From positions 1-45,743 of the forward strand of contig JAAENK010000156.1 of NCBI GenBank assembly GCA_024224415.1: a stretch of DNA of 45,743 bases, given 5' to 3'. The DNA comes from Gammaproteobacteria bacterium (GTDB lineage: Bacteria; Pseudomonadota; Gammaproteobacteria; GCA-001735895). The translations under genes and the position numbers were made by a program. The notes under the pieces were generated by a model. That model was not told where the DNA came from and searched no databases. It saw nothing but the letters and a program-made list of their open reading frames with translations. The number at the start of each line of letters is the position of its first letter. The first letter of the stretch is position 1. Below, one piece after another: positions 37,154-45,743 of the stretch.

Positions 37154-39253
37154 TTAGCTCGCTAAATCCTCAGCGGTAACGGCTTTCATGCTGAGTCGAA
37201 TACGCCCCTGACGGTCAACTTCTAGTACCTTGACCTTGACAATATCGCCTTCAGTTAACTTGTCGGTAACATTTTCAACGCGCTCATCGGAGATTTGTGA
37301 AATGTGCACCAGGCCATCTTTGCCCGGTAAAATATTAACGAACGCGCCGAAGTCCATGATCTTGGCGACTTTACCTTCGTAAATAACACCTACTTCAACA
37401 TCGGCAGTGACCATCTCGACACGACGACGTGCTTCATCACCAGCAGCTTTCTCAACCGAAGCGATTTTTACCATTCCATCATCGTCAACTTCTATGGTTG
37501 CGCCGGTTTCTTCGGTAATACCGCGAATTGTGGCGCCACCTTTACCGATAACATCACGGATTTTTTCGGGGTTGATTTTAAAGGTAATCAGGCGTGGTGC
37601 GTATTCAGACATTTCGGCACGGCTCTCGGTGATTTCCTTCGCCATTTCGCCGAGAATGAATAAACGACCATCTTTAGCCTGATCGAGCGCCTGGCTCATA
37701 ATTTCAGTTGTAATACCGTCAATCTTGATATCCATCTGTAACGCTGTGATACCTTCGGTTGTACCGGCAACTTTGAAATCCATATCACCCAGGTGATCTT
37801 CGTCGCCGAGAATATCGGTCAATACAGCAAAGTTATCACCTTCTTTTATCAATCCCATGGCGATACCGGCTACAGGTGCCTTTAAAGGTACACCCGCATC
37901 CATTAACGCCAAGCTAGCTCCACAGACACTGGCCATTGAAGACGAGCCATTCGATTCGGTAATTTCAGAAACGATACGGATGACATAGGGAAAGTCATCA
38001 AGTGACGGCATAACGGCCTGAACGCCGCGTTTTGCGAGACGACCATGTCCTATTTCACGACGCTTGGGCGTACCAACACGGCCGGTTTCACCCACGCTGG
38101 ATGGTGGGAAATTGTAATGCATCATGAAATTTTCTTTGCGCGTACCTTCGATCGCATCAATGATTTGCGCATCGCGACCAGTACCCAGAGTGGTAACCAC
38201 CAGAGCCTGAGTTTCGCCACGAGTGAAGACCACGGAGCCGTGGGCTCTTGGTAATACACCGGTACGTACGGCTATCGGACGAACGGTTTTGGTATCACGA
38301 CCATCGATACGCGGCTCACCATCTATGATACGACCACGTACAATTTTCTTTTCGAGCTTGCCGACCACTTCGCGTACGTCAGACTCGCTTGGGGATTCTT
38401 CTGCATCGGTTACCAGGGCTTCGACAGCAGCGTTACGAATTTCGCCGTTTCTGTTTTGACGATCCATTTTGTCTGCAATGCTATAAGCCTGGGTAATATC
38501 AGCGGAAAACTGGTTGCTGATGCTTTCCAGCAGGCTGTCATTCGACTCTGGCGCATTCCACTCCCACATAGTCGGATTGACTTCAGCGGTAAATTCGTTA
38601 ATTGCCTGGATAGCGGTCTGTAATTGCTCGTGACCGTAGACAACCGAACCCAGCATGACTTCTTCAGACAGGCAGTTAGCTTCTGATTCAACCATCAATA
38701 CGGCTTTCTCGGTACCTGCGACAACCAGATCGAGATCGGATTCTGCGGTCTGGCTCATGGTGGGATTAAGAATGTATTCACCGTTGATATAACCAACTCG
38801 AGCTGCACCAATCGGACCAGCAAATGGCATACCGGAAATTGCTATCGCCGCCGAAGCGCCGATTAAGGCAGGAATGTCGGGGTCGATTTCATTGTTCATT
38901 GAAACAACGGTTGCGACCACCTGTACTTCGTTGAGAAAACCTTTGGGGAACAACGGACGTATCGGACGATCAATCAAGCGACAGGTCAATGTTTCTTTTT
39001 CACTTGGTCGACCTTCGCGCTTAAAAAAACCGCCGGGTATTTTACCGGCGGCATAAGTCTTTTCCATGTAATCGACCGTTAGCGGGAAAAAGCCACGGCT
39101 CGGGTCGGCATCTTTGGCACCTACTACAGTCACCATAACCACAGTCTCGGCCATATTAACGAAAACCGCACCACTCGCCTGACGGGCTATCTCTCCGGTT
39201 TCTAGCGTAACCTGATGCTCACCGTACTGAAATGTCTTTTTTATTGGATTCAC
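37154..39253 (-). CDS. pnp: Polyribonucleotide nucleotidyltransferase
   Basis: [44 protein letters not shown] and S1 domains. Confidence 0.98.
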   Translation of the reverse strand: MNPIKKTFQYGEHQVTLETGEIARQASGAVFVNMAETVVMVTVVGAKDADPSRGFFPLTVDYMEKTYAAGKIPGGFFKREGRPSEKETLTCRLIDRPIRPLFPKGFLNEVQVVATVVSMNNEIDPDIPALIGASAAIAISGMPFAGPIGAARVGYINGEYILNPTMSQTAESDLDLVVAGTEKAVLMVESEANCLSEEVMLGSVVYGHEQLQTAIQAINEFTAEVNPTMWEWNAPESNDSLLESISNQFSADITQAYSIADKMDRQNRNGEIRNAAVEALVTDAEESPSESDVREVVGKLEKKIVRGRIIDGEPRIDGRDTKTVRPIAVRTGVLPRAHGSVVFTRGETQALVVTTLGTGRDAQIIDAIEGTRKENFMMHYNFPPSSVGETGRVGTPKRREIGHGRLAKRGVQAVMPSLDDFPYVIRIVSEITESNGSSSMASVCGASLALMDAGVPLKAPVAGIAMGLIKEGDNFAVLTDILGDEDHLGDMDFKVAGTTEGITALQMDIKIDGITTEIMSQALDQAKDGRLFILGEMAKEITESRAEMSEYAPRLITFKINPEKIRDVIGKGGATIRGITEETGATIEVDDDGMVKIASVEKAAGDEARRRVEMVTADVEVGVIYEGKVAKIMDFGAFVNILPGKDGLVHISQISDERVENVTDKLTEGDIVKVKVLEVDRQGRIRLSMKAVTAEDLAS

Positions 39254-39267
39254 TCTTTATCTCGCTG

Positions 39268-39537
39268 TTATCGGCGCAGGCCTAATTTTCCGATCAAATC
39301 TTTGTAGCGCTGCTGATTTTTGGATTTTAGATAATCCAGTAAGTTACGACGCTGGTTAACCATTTTAAGTAAACCGCGGCGTGAATGGTGGTCGTGGATA
39401 TGTTCTTTGAAGTGCTCGGTCAGATGACTTATTTGATGGCTTAATAAAGCCACCTGTACTTCAGGTGATCCGGTATCACCTTCTTTCTGCTGGTGTTCAG
39501 CTATGATGGTTTGCTTCTGCTCAGCTGACATCGACAT
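39268..39537 (-). CDS. rpsO: 30S ribosomal protein S15
   Basis: [26 protein letters not shown]; 89 aa from the ATG at 39537 with a GAGG RBS. Confidence 0.97.
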   Translation of the reverse strand: MSMSAEQKQTIIAEHQQKEGDTGSPEVQVALLSHQISHLTEHFKEHIHDHHSRRGLLKMVNQRRNLLDYLKSKNQQRYKDLIGKLGLRR

Positions 39538-39571
39538 GTGTTGAAACCTCGTAGGCCCGAAAAAGGCAGGT

Positions 39572-39600
39572 ATTCTACCTATCTGGGCAGGCAGTAACAA
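39572..39600 (-). promoter_or_regulatory. Sigma70 promoter of rpsO-pnp
   Basis: The minus strand reads TTGTTA-N17-TAGAAT. Confidence 0.6.
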
Positions 39601-39652
39601 GGACTTTCACGGTTAATATCGTAGTAAATATGGGGGATACCTGAGAAATAAG

Positions 39653-40561
39653 CTATCTTGCTGTATTCATTAGTCTTTTTGGTAAAATCAACCCCGTCTC
39701 AGAGGCTTCGCCAATACCGATAAACTGGCCTTTTTCGGTGACCAGGTTTAGCAATCCGCAATGCGCGATTGAATCAACCTGGATAGCCCTGCCTTGCTTC
39801 AGGTTTTCGCTTTCAGCTTCATCAACGATATATTCTTCGAAATCACTCAGCGCTGCTTTCACAGGCAACAAACAGGCATCCAGCGACTTGTCCGATAATT
39901 CGTCCAGCGCATAGCAATGCTGCCTCCAGAAAGGATGTACTCCGGTTCTTCGCAGATCAGCCAGGTAGGCGCCGCAACCCAGCACCTTACCCATATCTTC
40001 CGCCAGTGTTCTGATATAAGTGCCCTTGGAGCAGCTGACATCGAGAACCAGCCGATCCTGCTCGAACTCGACCAAATCCAGTTTGTAGATCTCTACCGAT
40101 CGGGCCTCGCGTTCAACTTCCTGGCCGTTCCTGGCGAGTTTGTACAGGCGCTGACCTTTGACTTTGACCGCAGAGTGCATCGGCGGTATCTGTTCGATAG
40201 CTCCTGTAAATTGCTTAATCACGGATTCAACATCCGCCAGGTTAACTTTTACCGCCGTTTCAGCGGTAGTTTCACCCTCCGCATCACCCGTAGTCGTTGT
40301 TTTACCCAATTGACAGGTTGCTCGATATGACTTACTCGCATCGAGTAAATAGGCGGAAAATTTGGTGGCCTGGCCGAAACATATCGGTAGCATGCCGGTC
40401 GCCAGAGGATCGAGACTACCGGTATGACCGGCCTTGTTGGCTTTGAAGAGATATCGAACTTTTTGCAATGCCTGGTTCGAACTTAAGCCTTTGGGTTTAT
40501 CGAGTAAAAGAATGCCATCGACATCGCGAAAACCCTTCGGTTTACGAGCACTTCGTCCCAT
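39653..40561 (-). CDS. truB: tRNA pseudouridine(55) synthase
   Basis: LLDKP, KAGHTGSLDPLATG, PPMHSAVK, CSKGTYIR. Confidence 0.97.
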   Translation of the reverse strand: MGRSARKPKGFRDVDGILLLDKPKGLSSNQALQKVRYLFKANKAGHTGSLDPLATGMLPICFGQATKFSAYLLDASKSYRATCQLGKTTTTGDAEGETTAETAVKVNLADVESVIKQFTGAIEQIPPMHSAVKVKGQRLYKLARNGQEVEREARSVEIYKLDLVEFEQDRLVLDVSCSKGTYIRTLAEDMGKVLGCGAYLADLRRTGVHPFWRQHCYALDELSDKSLDACLLPVKAALSDFEEYIVDEAESENLKQGRAIQVDSIAHCGLLNLVTEKGQFIGIGEASETGLILPKRLMNTAR

Positions 40562-40930
40562 TTACTCACCCGATCGGGATTGATCCTGCGCGACTGCGCT
40601 GTCGATCAGGTCGGAAAGATTGCGTCCACGCAAATTGGAATCGTCATAAATGAACTTCAATTTTGGGGTGATTCGCGCTTTCAATACCTTACCGATTTCG
40701 CGTTGCAGAAAACCACTGGCGCGGTTTAGCACAGTCAGGCTTTGTGGTGCAGCATCGGGATTTAACACGCTGAAATACACCTTGGCCTGAGACAGGTCCT
40801 TACTCACCTGAACTTCGAGAATACTCGGCGACGACAACCTTGGATCCTTGACGCTGTGTTGCACCAATGTCGCCAGTTCTCGCTGGATTTGCGAAGCTAT
40901 GCGTTCGCTACGCGGATAATCTTTCGGCAT
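40562..40930 (-). CDS. rbfA: Ribosome-binding factor A
   Basis: KDPRL, VSKDLSQAKVY, PKLKFIYD. Confidence 0.95.
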   Translation of the reverse strand: MPKDYPRSERIASQIQRELATLVQHSVKDPRLSSPSILEVQVSKDLSQAKVYFSVLNPDAAPQSLTVLNRASGFLQREIGKVLKARITPKLKFIYDDSNLRGRNLSDLIDSAVAQDQSRSGE

Positions 40931-40933
40931 TAC

Positions 40934-43537
40934 TTATTCAAGACTACGCGCGATTTCGATGCGTTCAAATACCTCGATCTGATCGCCGGGACGCACATCG
41001 GTATAGTTTTTAACCGCGATACCACACTCGGTACCCATACGCACTTCTTCGACTGCATCTTTGAAACGCCGTAAGGATTCGAGTTCGCCCTCGTAAATCA
41101 CCACGTTATCGCGCAGTACACGAATCGGCTGGCCTTTGCGCACTGTACCTTCTACCACTATCGAACCAGCAACATCACCAAATTTTGGTGAGCGGAAAAC
41201 ATCTTTAACTTCGGCGAGGCCGATGATTTTTTCCTGTGACTCAGGCGCTAGCATACCCGACATGACCGATTTTACATCATCGATAATGTCGTAAATAACA
41301 CTGTAATAGCGAATCTCGATACCATAATCGCCAGCAATACGTTTAGCCGCTGCGTCGGCACGAACATTAAAACCGATAACCATAGCATCAGAGGCTGCGG
41401 CCAGATTGATATCAGATTCATTGATACCACCAACACCACTAGTAACAAGCTTGGCGCGCACTTCTTCGGTGGATAACTTCGTCAAAGCTTCACGAATGGC
41501 TTCCGAGCTACCTTGCACATCCGACTTGACCAGCAGGTTAATCTCGGCCACCTCGCCCTCGGTCATCGCATCGAACATACCCTGTAGCTTGGCTTTCTGT
41601 TGGTCGGCGAGCTTACTTTCGCGGATATTGGCTTCACGTATTTCGGCGAATTCGCGTGCTTTACGCTCACTTTCGACGACGAACACTTCGTCACCAGCAT
41701 TAGGCACGCCAGATAATCCAAGCACAACAACCGGCATCGAAGGCCCTGCTGATTTAATGGTCTTGGCCGACTCGTCGTACATCGCGCGTACACGACCGTA
41801 TTGGGTGCCGGCAAGCAGGATCTGACCCTTCTCCAGCTGGCCAGATTGCACCAGTACGGTGGCAACCGGCCCACGGCCTTTGTCCAGTGTGGCTTCGACA
41901 ATAATACCCTTAGCATTACCTTTATCGACCGCCTTAAGTTCAAGAATCTCCGATTGTAATAGAATCGATTCGAGCAAAGACTCGACCCCTTCGCCGGTAA
42001 TCGCCGAGACGTGCACAAATATATTTTCACCACCCCATTCTTCGGGTATCACTTCGAGCGCAGCCAGTTCGTTCTTGACCCGATCCGGATCGGCATTTTC
42101 TTTATCGATTTTATTTACTGCAATGACGATAGGAACATTAGCCGCACGCGCGTGTTCAATCGCTTCTTTAGTTTGCGGCATCACACCATCATCGGCAGCG
42201 ACCACCAGTACGACGATATCGGTCGCCTGAGCACCACGAGCACGCATGGCCGAAAAGGCTGCGTGTCCTGGCGTATCGAGGAAGGTGACAATACCCTGAT
42301 CGGTTTCAACGTGATAGGCACCGATGTGCTGGGTGATGCCACCCGCTTCACCCGATGTAACCCGTGATTTACGAATATAGTCGAGTAGCGAAGTCTTACC
42401 ATGATCGACATGTCCCATGATAGTCACAACCGGTGGGCGCGATACTTTTTCGGCGCCGGACTGCTCAACCTTTTCGATGAGTTTTTTCTCAAAATCTTCC
42501 TTACTACTGGCCGCTACAACAGTATGTCCCATCTCTTCGACCACCAACGTTGCAGTATCCTGGTCCAGGATCTGGTTGATGGTAGCCATAGTGCCCATTT
42601 GCATCAGAACCTTGATTACATCGCCCGCCTTAATTGCCATGCGTTGGGCGAGATCGGCGACCGAAATCACTTCCGGCACTTCGACATTGCGCACCACCGG
42701 TGCAGTAGGTTTTTCGAAGGCGTGCAAATTATTATGATCGACCACCTGGCGCTGGCCCTTTTTGAATTTTTGCTTACGACTACCCTTGCTACCGCCATCT
42801 TTGACATGCAGCTCTTTACGACCATAACGTGTATGTTTGTCTTCACCGCGCTTGCCACCAGGTTTTGCAGTAGCTTTTTCGCTCGCTGCAGCGGCTGCGG
42901 CAGCAGCTTCGTTGGCTGCGCGCGTGGCTTCTTCGAGTGCAGTCTGGGCCGCCTGTGCGGCAATGACTTCAGCAGCGGCCGCCTGTTGCTTTTCTATAAT
43001 TTTCTTCGCCGCTTCGACTTCTTCGAGACTCCTCTGGTAAGCTTTTTGTTCGGCTTCGGCCTGTTCCTGTTCCGTCTTGAGTCTTGCCGCTTCTGCTTCA
43101 AGCATGGCCGCTTCGGCGAACTTTTCGGCTTCTTTATCGACAATTTCCTGTTCGGCTAATGCTTCCTGTTGAGCCTCGATATTTTCCTCCTCTTCCCTGG
43201 TGCGCGCTTCCTCGGCTTCGACATCGGCGCGTCGAACATAAGTGCGTTTCTTGCGCACCTCTACATTGATGGTTTTAGTTGTTGCATTTCGACCTGAGAC
43301 ACCGGCAACTTTCAACTCCGACTTACTCTTGCGCTTCAGGGTAATCTTTTTGGGACCACCCGACTCGGTTTTACCATGACTGGTGCGCAGCGATTCCAGC
43401 AGCTTCATTTTATCTTCATCCGAAATCGGATCATCCGCACCGGACACTTCGACGCCTGCCGCCTTCAATTGATCCAGCAGTTTTTCGATGCCGACACCGA
43501 TGACTTCGGAAAGTTGTTTTGCTGTCACGTTTGACAT
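40934..43537 (-). CDS. infB: Translation initiation factor IF-2
   Basis: [43 protein letters not shown]. Confidence 0.98.
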   Translation of the reverse strand: MSNVTAKQLSEVIGVGIEKLLDQLKAAGVEVSGADDPISDEDKMKLLESLRTSHGKTESGGPKKITLKRKSKSELKVAGVSGRNATTKTINVEVRKKRTYVRRADVEAEEARTREEEENIEAQQEALAEQEIVDKEAEKFAEAAMLEAEAARLKTEQEQAEAEQKAYQRSLEEVEAAKKIIEKQQAAAAEVIAAQAAQTALEEATRAANEAAAAAAAASEKATAKPGGKRGEDKHTRYGRKELHVKDGGSKGSRKQKFKKGQRQVVDHNNLHAFEKPTAPVVRNVEVPEVISVADLAQRMAIKAGDVIKVLMQMGTMATINQILDQDTATLVVEEMGHTVVAASSKEDFEKKLIEKVEQSGAEKVSRPPVVTIMGHVDHGKTSLLDYIRKSRVTSGEAGGITQHIGAYHVETDQGIVTFLDTPGHAAFSAMRARGAQATDIVVLVVAADDGVMPQTKEAIEHARAANVPIVIAVNKIDKENADPDRVKNELAALEVIPEEWGGENIFVHVSAITGEGVESLLESILLQSEILELKAVDKGNAKGIIVEATLDKGRGPVATVLVQSGQLEKGQILLAGTQYGRVRAMYDESAKTIKSAGPSMPVVVLGLSGVPNAGDEVFVVESERKAREFAEIREANIRESKLADQQKAKLQGMFDAMTEGEVAEINLLVKSDVQGSSEAIREALTKLSTEEVRAKLVTSGVGGINESDINLAAASDAMVIGFNVRADAAAKRIAGDYGIEIRYYSVIYDIIDDVKSVMSGMLAPESQEKIIGLAEVKDVFRSPKFGDVAGSIVVEGTVRKGQPIRVLRDNVVIYEGELESLRRFKDAVEEVRMGTECGIAVKNYTDVRPGDQIEVFERIEIARSLE

Positions 43538-43592
43538 GATTACCTGTCCTAATACATTGTATTATTTGTCGCTACTGCGATTGATCCACCAA

Positions 43593-45104
43593 TTACTGAC
43601 TACTCTCAGCTTCGGCAAACCAGGGCTCACGCGCTTTCATAATAAGCGTCGCTGCGAACTCTTCATCGATACCATCGACTTCTATGAGTTCATCGGTCGA
43701 TTGCTCGGCCAAATCTTCCATGGTGCATATACCACGATGTGATAAGGTTTGTGCTAATTCCGGGGTCATAAATTCCATAGTTAGCAAATCTTCCTGCGGC
43801 TCGCCAGCTTCGGCAGTTTCCTCGCTCGCAATCGCCATGGTCAATAGCGCATCGCGGGCGCGACCACGTAATTCCTGCACGATTTCCTCATCGAACTCTG
43901 CTATCTCAACCAGTTCAGATTCAGGAATATACGCCACCTCGTCGATAGTTGTCAGTCCTTCCTGCACCAGAATGATGGCCACCTCTTCATCAACATCGAG
44001 CTGATTCATGAAATTTTCAACCAGTTGGCGCGATTCGCCTTCCGATTTTTCCTCGGCGGCGGCTTCATCCATCACATTCAATGTCCAGCCGGTTAACTGA
44101 CTGGCGAGTTTGATATTTTGACCACCGCGTCCAATCGCCTGAGATAACTTCTCTTCGGGTACAGCAATATCCATCGAGCCGGATTCCTCGTCGATAACGA
44201 TAGAAGCTACTTCAGCCGGAGACATCGCGTTCACCGCAAACTGTGCAGGATTCTCATCCCACAAGATGATATCAACCCGCTCACCGGCGAGCTCATTCGA
44301 TACCGACTGTACGCGCGAACCACGCATACCGACACAAGCACCGACGGGATCCATACGTGCATCGTTACTCTTTACCGCGATCTTGGCCCGCATGCCTGGA
44401 TCACGCGCTGCGGATACAATTTCGATCAAATCCTGCCCAACTTCAGGAACTTCGAGGTTAAACAGCTCGATTAAAAACTCCGGTGCAGTTCGGCTAATGA
44501 AAAGCTGCGGGCCGCGTACTTCAGAAGCAATTTTGTAGAGAAAGCCACGTACTCTATCACCAGGCCGAACCGATTCCCTCGGGATCATTTCTTCACGCGG
44601 GATAAATCCTTCGGCGTTATCGCCAAGATCAACATAAACATTACCACGCTCAACACGTTTCACCTGTCCCATTACCAACGAGCCTTCACGGTCTGAATAG
44701 GCGTCAATCACCTTGCGGCGTTCGGCTTCGCGTACTTTCTGTACTATGACCTGCTTGGCGGTTTGCGCGGCAATACGGCCAAATTCTACCGACTCGATTT
44801 GCTCTTCGACAAAGTCACCCAGCTGGATTTCCGGGTCATCAATTTGTGCTGCTTCCAGCGTAATTTGATGCAGCGGCTCTTCGAGACCACCATTTTCGCC
44901 GGGTTCACAAACTTCCCAACGTCGGTAGGTATCATAGTCACCAGTCTTGCGGTCGATATCGACACGGACTTCGATATCCTTCTGATATTTTTTCCGCGTT
45001 GCGGACGCCAGAGCAGCTTCGATCGCCTCGAAGATAATCTCAGGGTCGACACCTTTCTCATTCGAAACCGTATCTGCAACTAATAGAATTTCTTTGTTAT
45101 CCAT
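43593..45104 (-). CDS. nusA: Transcription termination/antitermination factor NusA
   Basis: [41 protein letters not shown], acidic AR1/AR2 domains. ATG at 45104 preferred. Confidence 0.97.
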   Translation of the reverse strand: MDNKEILLVADTVSNEKGVDPEIIFEAIEAALASATRKKYQKDIEVRVDIDRKTGDYDTYRRWEVCEPGENGGLEEPLHQITLEAAQIDDPEIQLGDFVEEQIESVEFGRIAAQTAKQVIVQKVREAERRKVIDAYSDREGSLVMGQVKRVERGNVYVDLGDNAEGFIPREEMIPRESVRPGDRVRGFLYKIASEVRGPQLFISRTAPEFLIELFNLEVPEVGQDLIEIVSAARDPGMRAKIAVKSNDARMDPVGACVGMRGSRVQSVSNELAGERVDIILWDENPAQFAVNAMSPAEVASIVIDEESGSMDIAVPEEKLSQAIGRGGQNIKLASQLTGWTLNVMDEAAAEEKSEGESRQLVENFMNQLDVDEEVAIILVQEGLTTIDEVAYIPESELVEIAEFDEEIVQELRGRARDALLTMAIASEETAEAGEPQEDLLTMEFMTPELAQTLSHRGICTMEDLAEQSTDELIEVDGIDEEFAATLIMKAREPWFAEAESSQ

Positions 45105-45144
45105 CGTCGTTTCTCGCAATATCAATGGTTATCTGGCTAGTCGA

Positions 45145-45591
45145 CTAAACCTGTCCGACCAGATTTGCTTTACCAATGTCAGCTAACGGTAACTGATAAG
45201 TTTCACCGTCAACCTCAATCTCAATCAAATTGGGTTTAACCACACCCTGTAATACACCCTTGAAATTTCGACGCCCATCTACCGCAATGGCCATCTTGAT
45301 TTTCGCAGCCTGACCGCAATATCGCTGATAATCTTCAAGTTTAAACAACGGTCGGTCGAGTCCAGGCGAAGAAATTTCCAGGTCATATGCCTGTTGTATT
45401 GGTTCTTCGACATCCAGAATACCGCTTATCTGGTGACTAATACTCGCGCAGTCGTCAAGGCTGACACCATCATCATGGTCAATATAAACGCGTAAAGTGC
45501 CGTGACCACTGCCACCACTAAACTCCACGCCAACCAGTTCATAACCCATTGATTCAACGACTGGTTCAAACAATTCGGTTAAATCCTGCAC
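45145..45591 (-). CDS. rimP: Ribosome maturation factor RimP
   Basis: TLRVYID, LDVEEPI, LEISSPGLDRPL, GRRNFKG; GTG start inferred. Confidence 0.95.
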   Translation of the reverse strand: MQDLTELFEPVVESMGYELVGVEFSGGSGHGTLRVYIDHDDGVSLDDCASISHQISGILDVEEPIQQAYDLEISSPGLDRPLFKLEDYQRYCGQAAKIKMAIAVDGRRNFKGVLQGVVKPNLIEIEVDGETYQLPLADIGKANLVGQV

Positions 45592-45605
45592 GTCAAAACT
45601 CCAAT

Positions 45606-45627
45606 AAAAAAGGCCCATAAGGGCCTT
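45606..45627 (-). terminator. rimP-leader hairpin / terminator-attenuator between the tRNA and rimP
   Basis: The minus strand reads AAGGCCC-TTAT-GGGCCTTTTTT just upstream of the rimP RBS. Confidence 0.75.
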
Positions 45628-45686
45628 CCGAACTGTCTATCGACTGCTTCCTGGAACACTATCCATCAATAGTCAGACAAAAATTT

Positions 45687-45743
<57 letters not shown>

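Noticed and set aside
42401-43159. 252-aa antisense ORF inside infB, and similar shadow ORFs in pnp, nusA, glnE and mucD
   Set aside because: They lie within highly conserved genes, show no motifs, and are expected from codon bias.
42880-43230. GCA/GCT/GAA-rich quasi-repeats
   Set aside because: They encode the normal Ala/Glu-rich low-complexity linker of IF-2 and are not a DNA repeat element.

Overview
A gene-dense core-chromosome segment of a Gammaproteobacterium. The gene order acpS-barA-rlmD, the glnE-ilvE-zfCHCC block and a sigma28 promoter suggest a motile, possibly marine or sulfur-oxidiser-like organism; this is inference only. From left to right: an ectoine region (ectC, a triply damaged eutC pseudogene, doeA); FKBP PPIase, EamA transporter, glutaredoxin and tRNA-Pro(CGG); cysM-exonuclease-rlmD on the minus strand; a divergent operon of TonB-dependent receptor, orphan periplasmic binding protein and BarA/GacS-type hybrid kinase; the rpoE-rseABC-degP-lepA-lepB-DUF4845-rnc-era-recO-pdxJ-acpS superoperon; yjbQ-adk; a c-heme chemoreceptor; glnE-ilvE-zfCHCC-ubiT converging on selD-tauD-like-ubiU-ubiV; a stand-alone receiver protein with a sigma54/IHF-like promoter; and the tRNA-fMet-rimP-nusA-infB-rbfA-truB-rpsO-pnp block. 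I saw no CRISPR array, transposase, integrase or prophage. The best candidate for an undescribed system is the outer-membrane receptor plus binding protein coupled to the syntenic BarA/GacS orthologue. The selD-TauD-like pair is second. All protein calls come from motif recognition by eye, not database searches.
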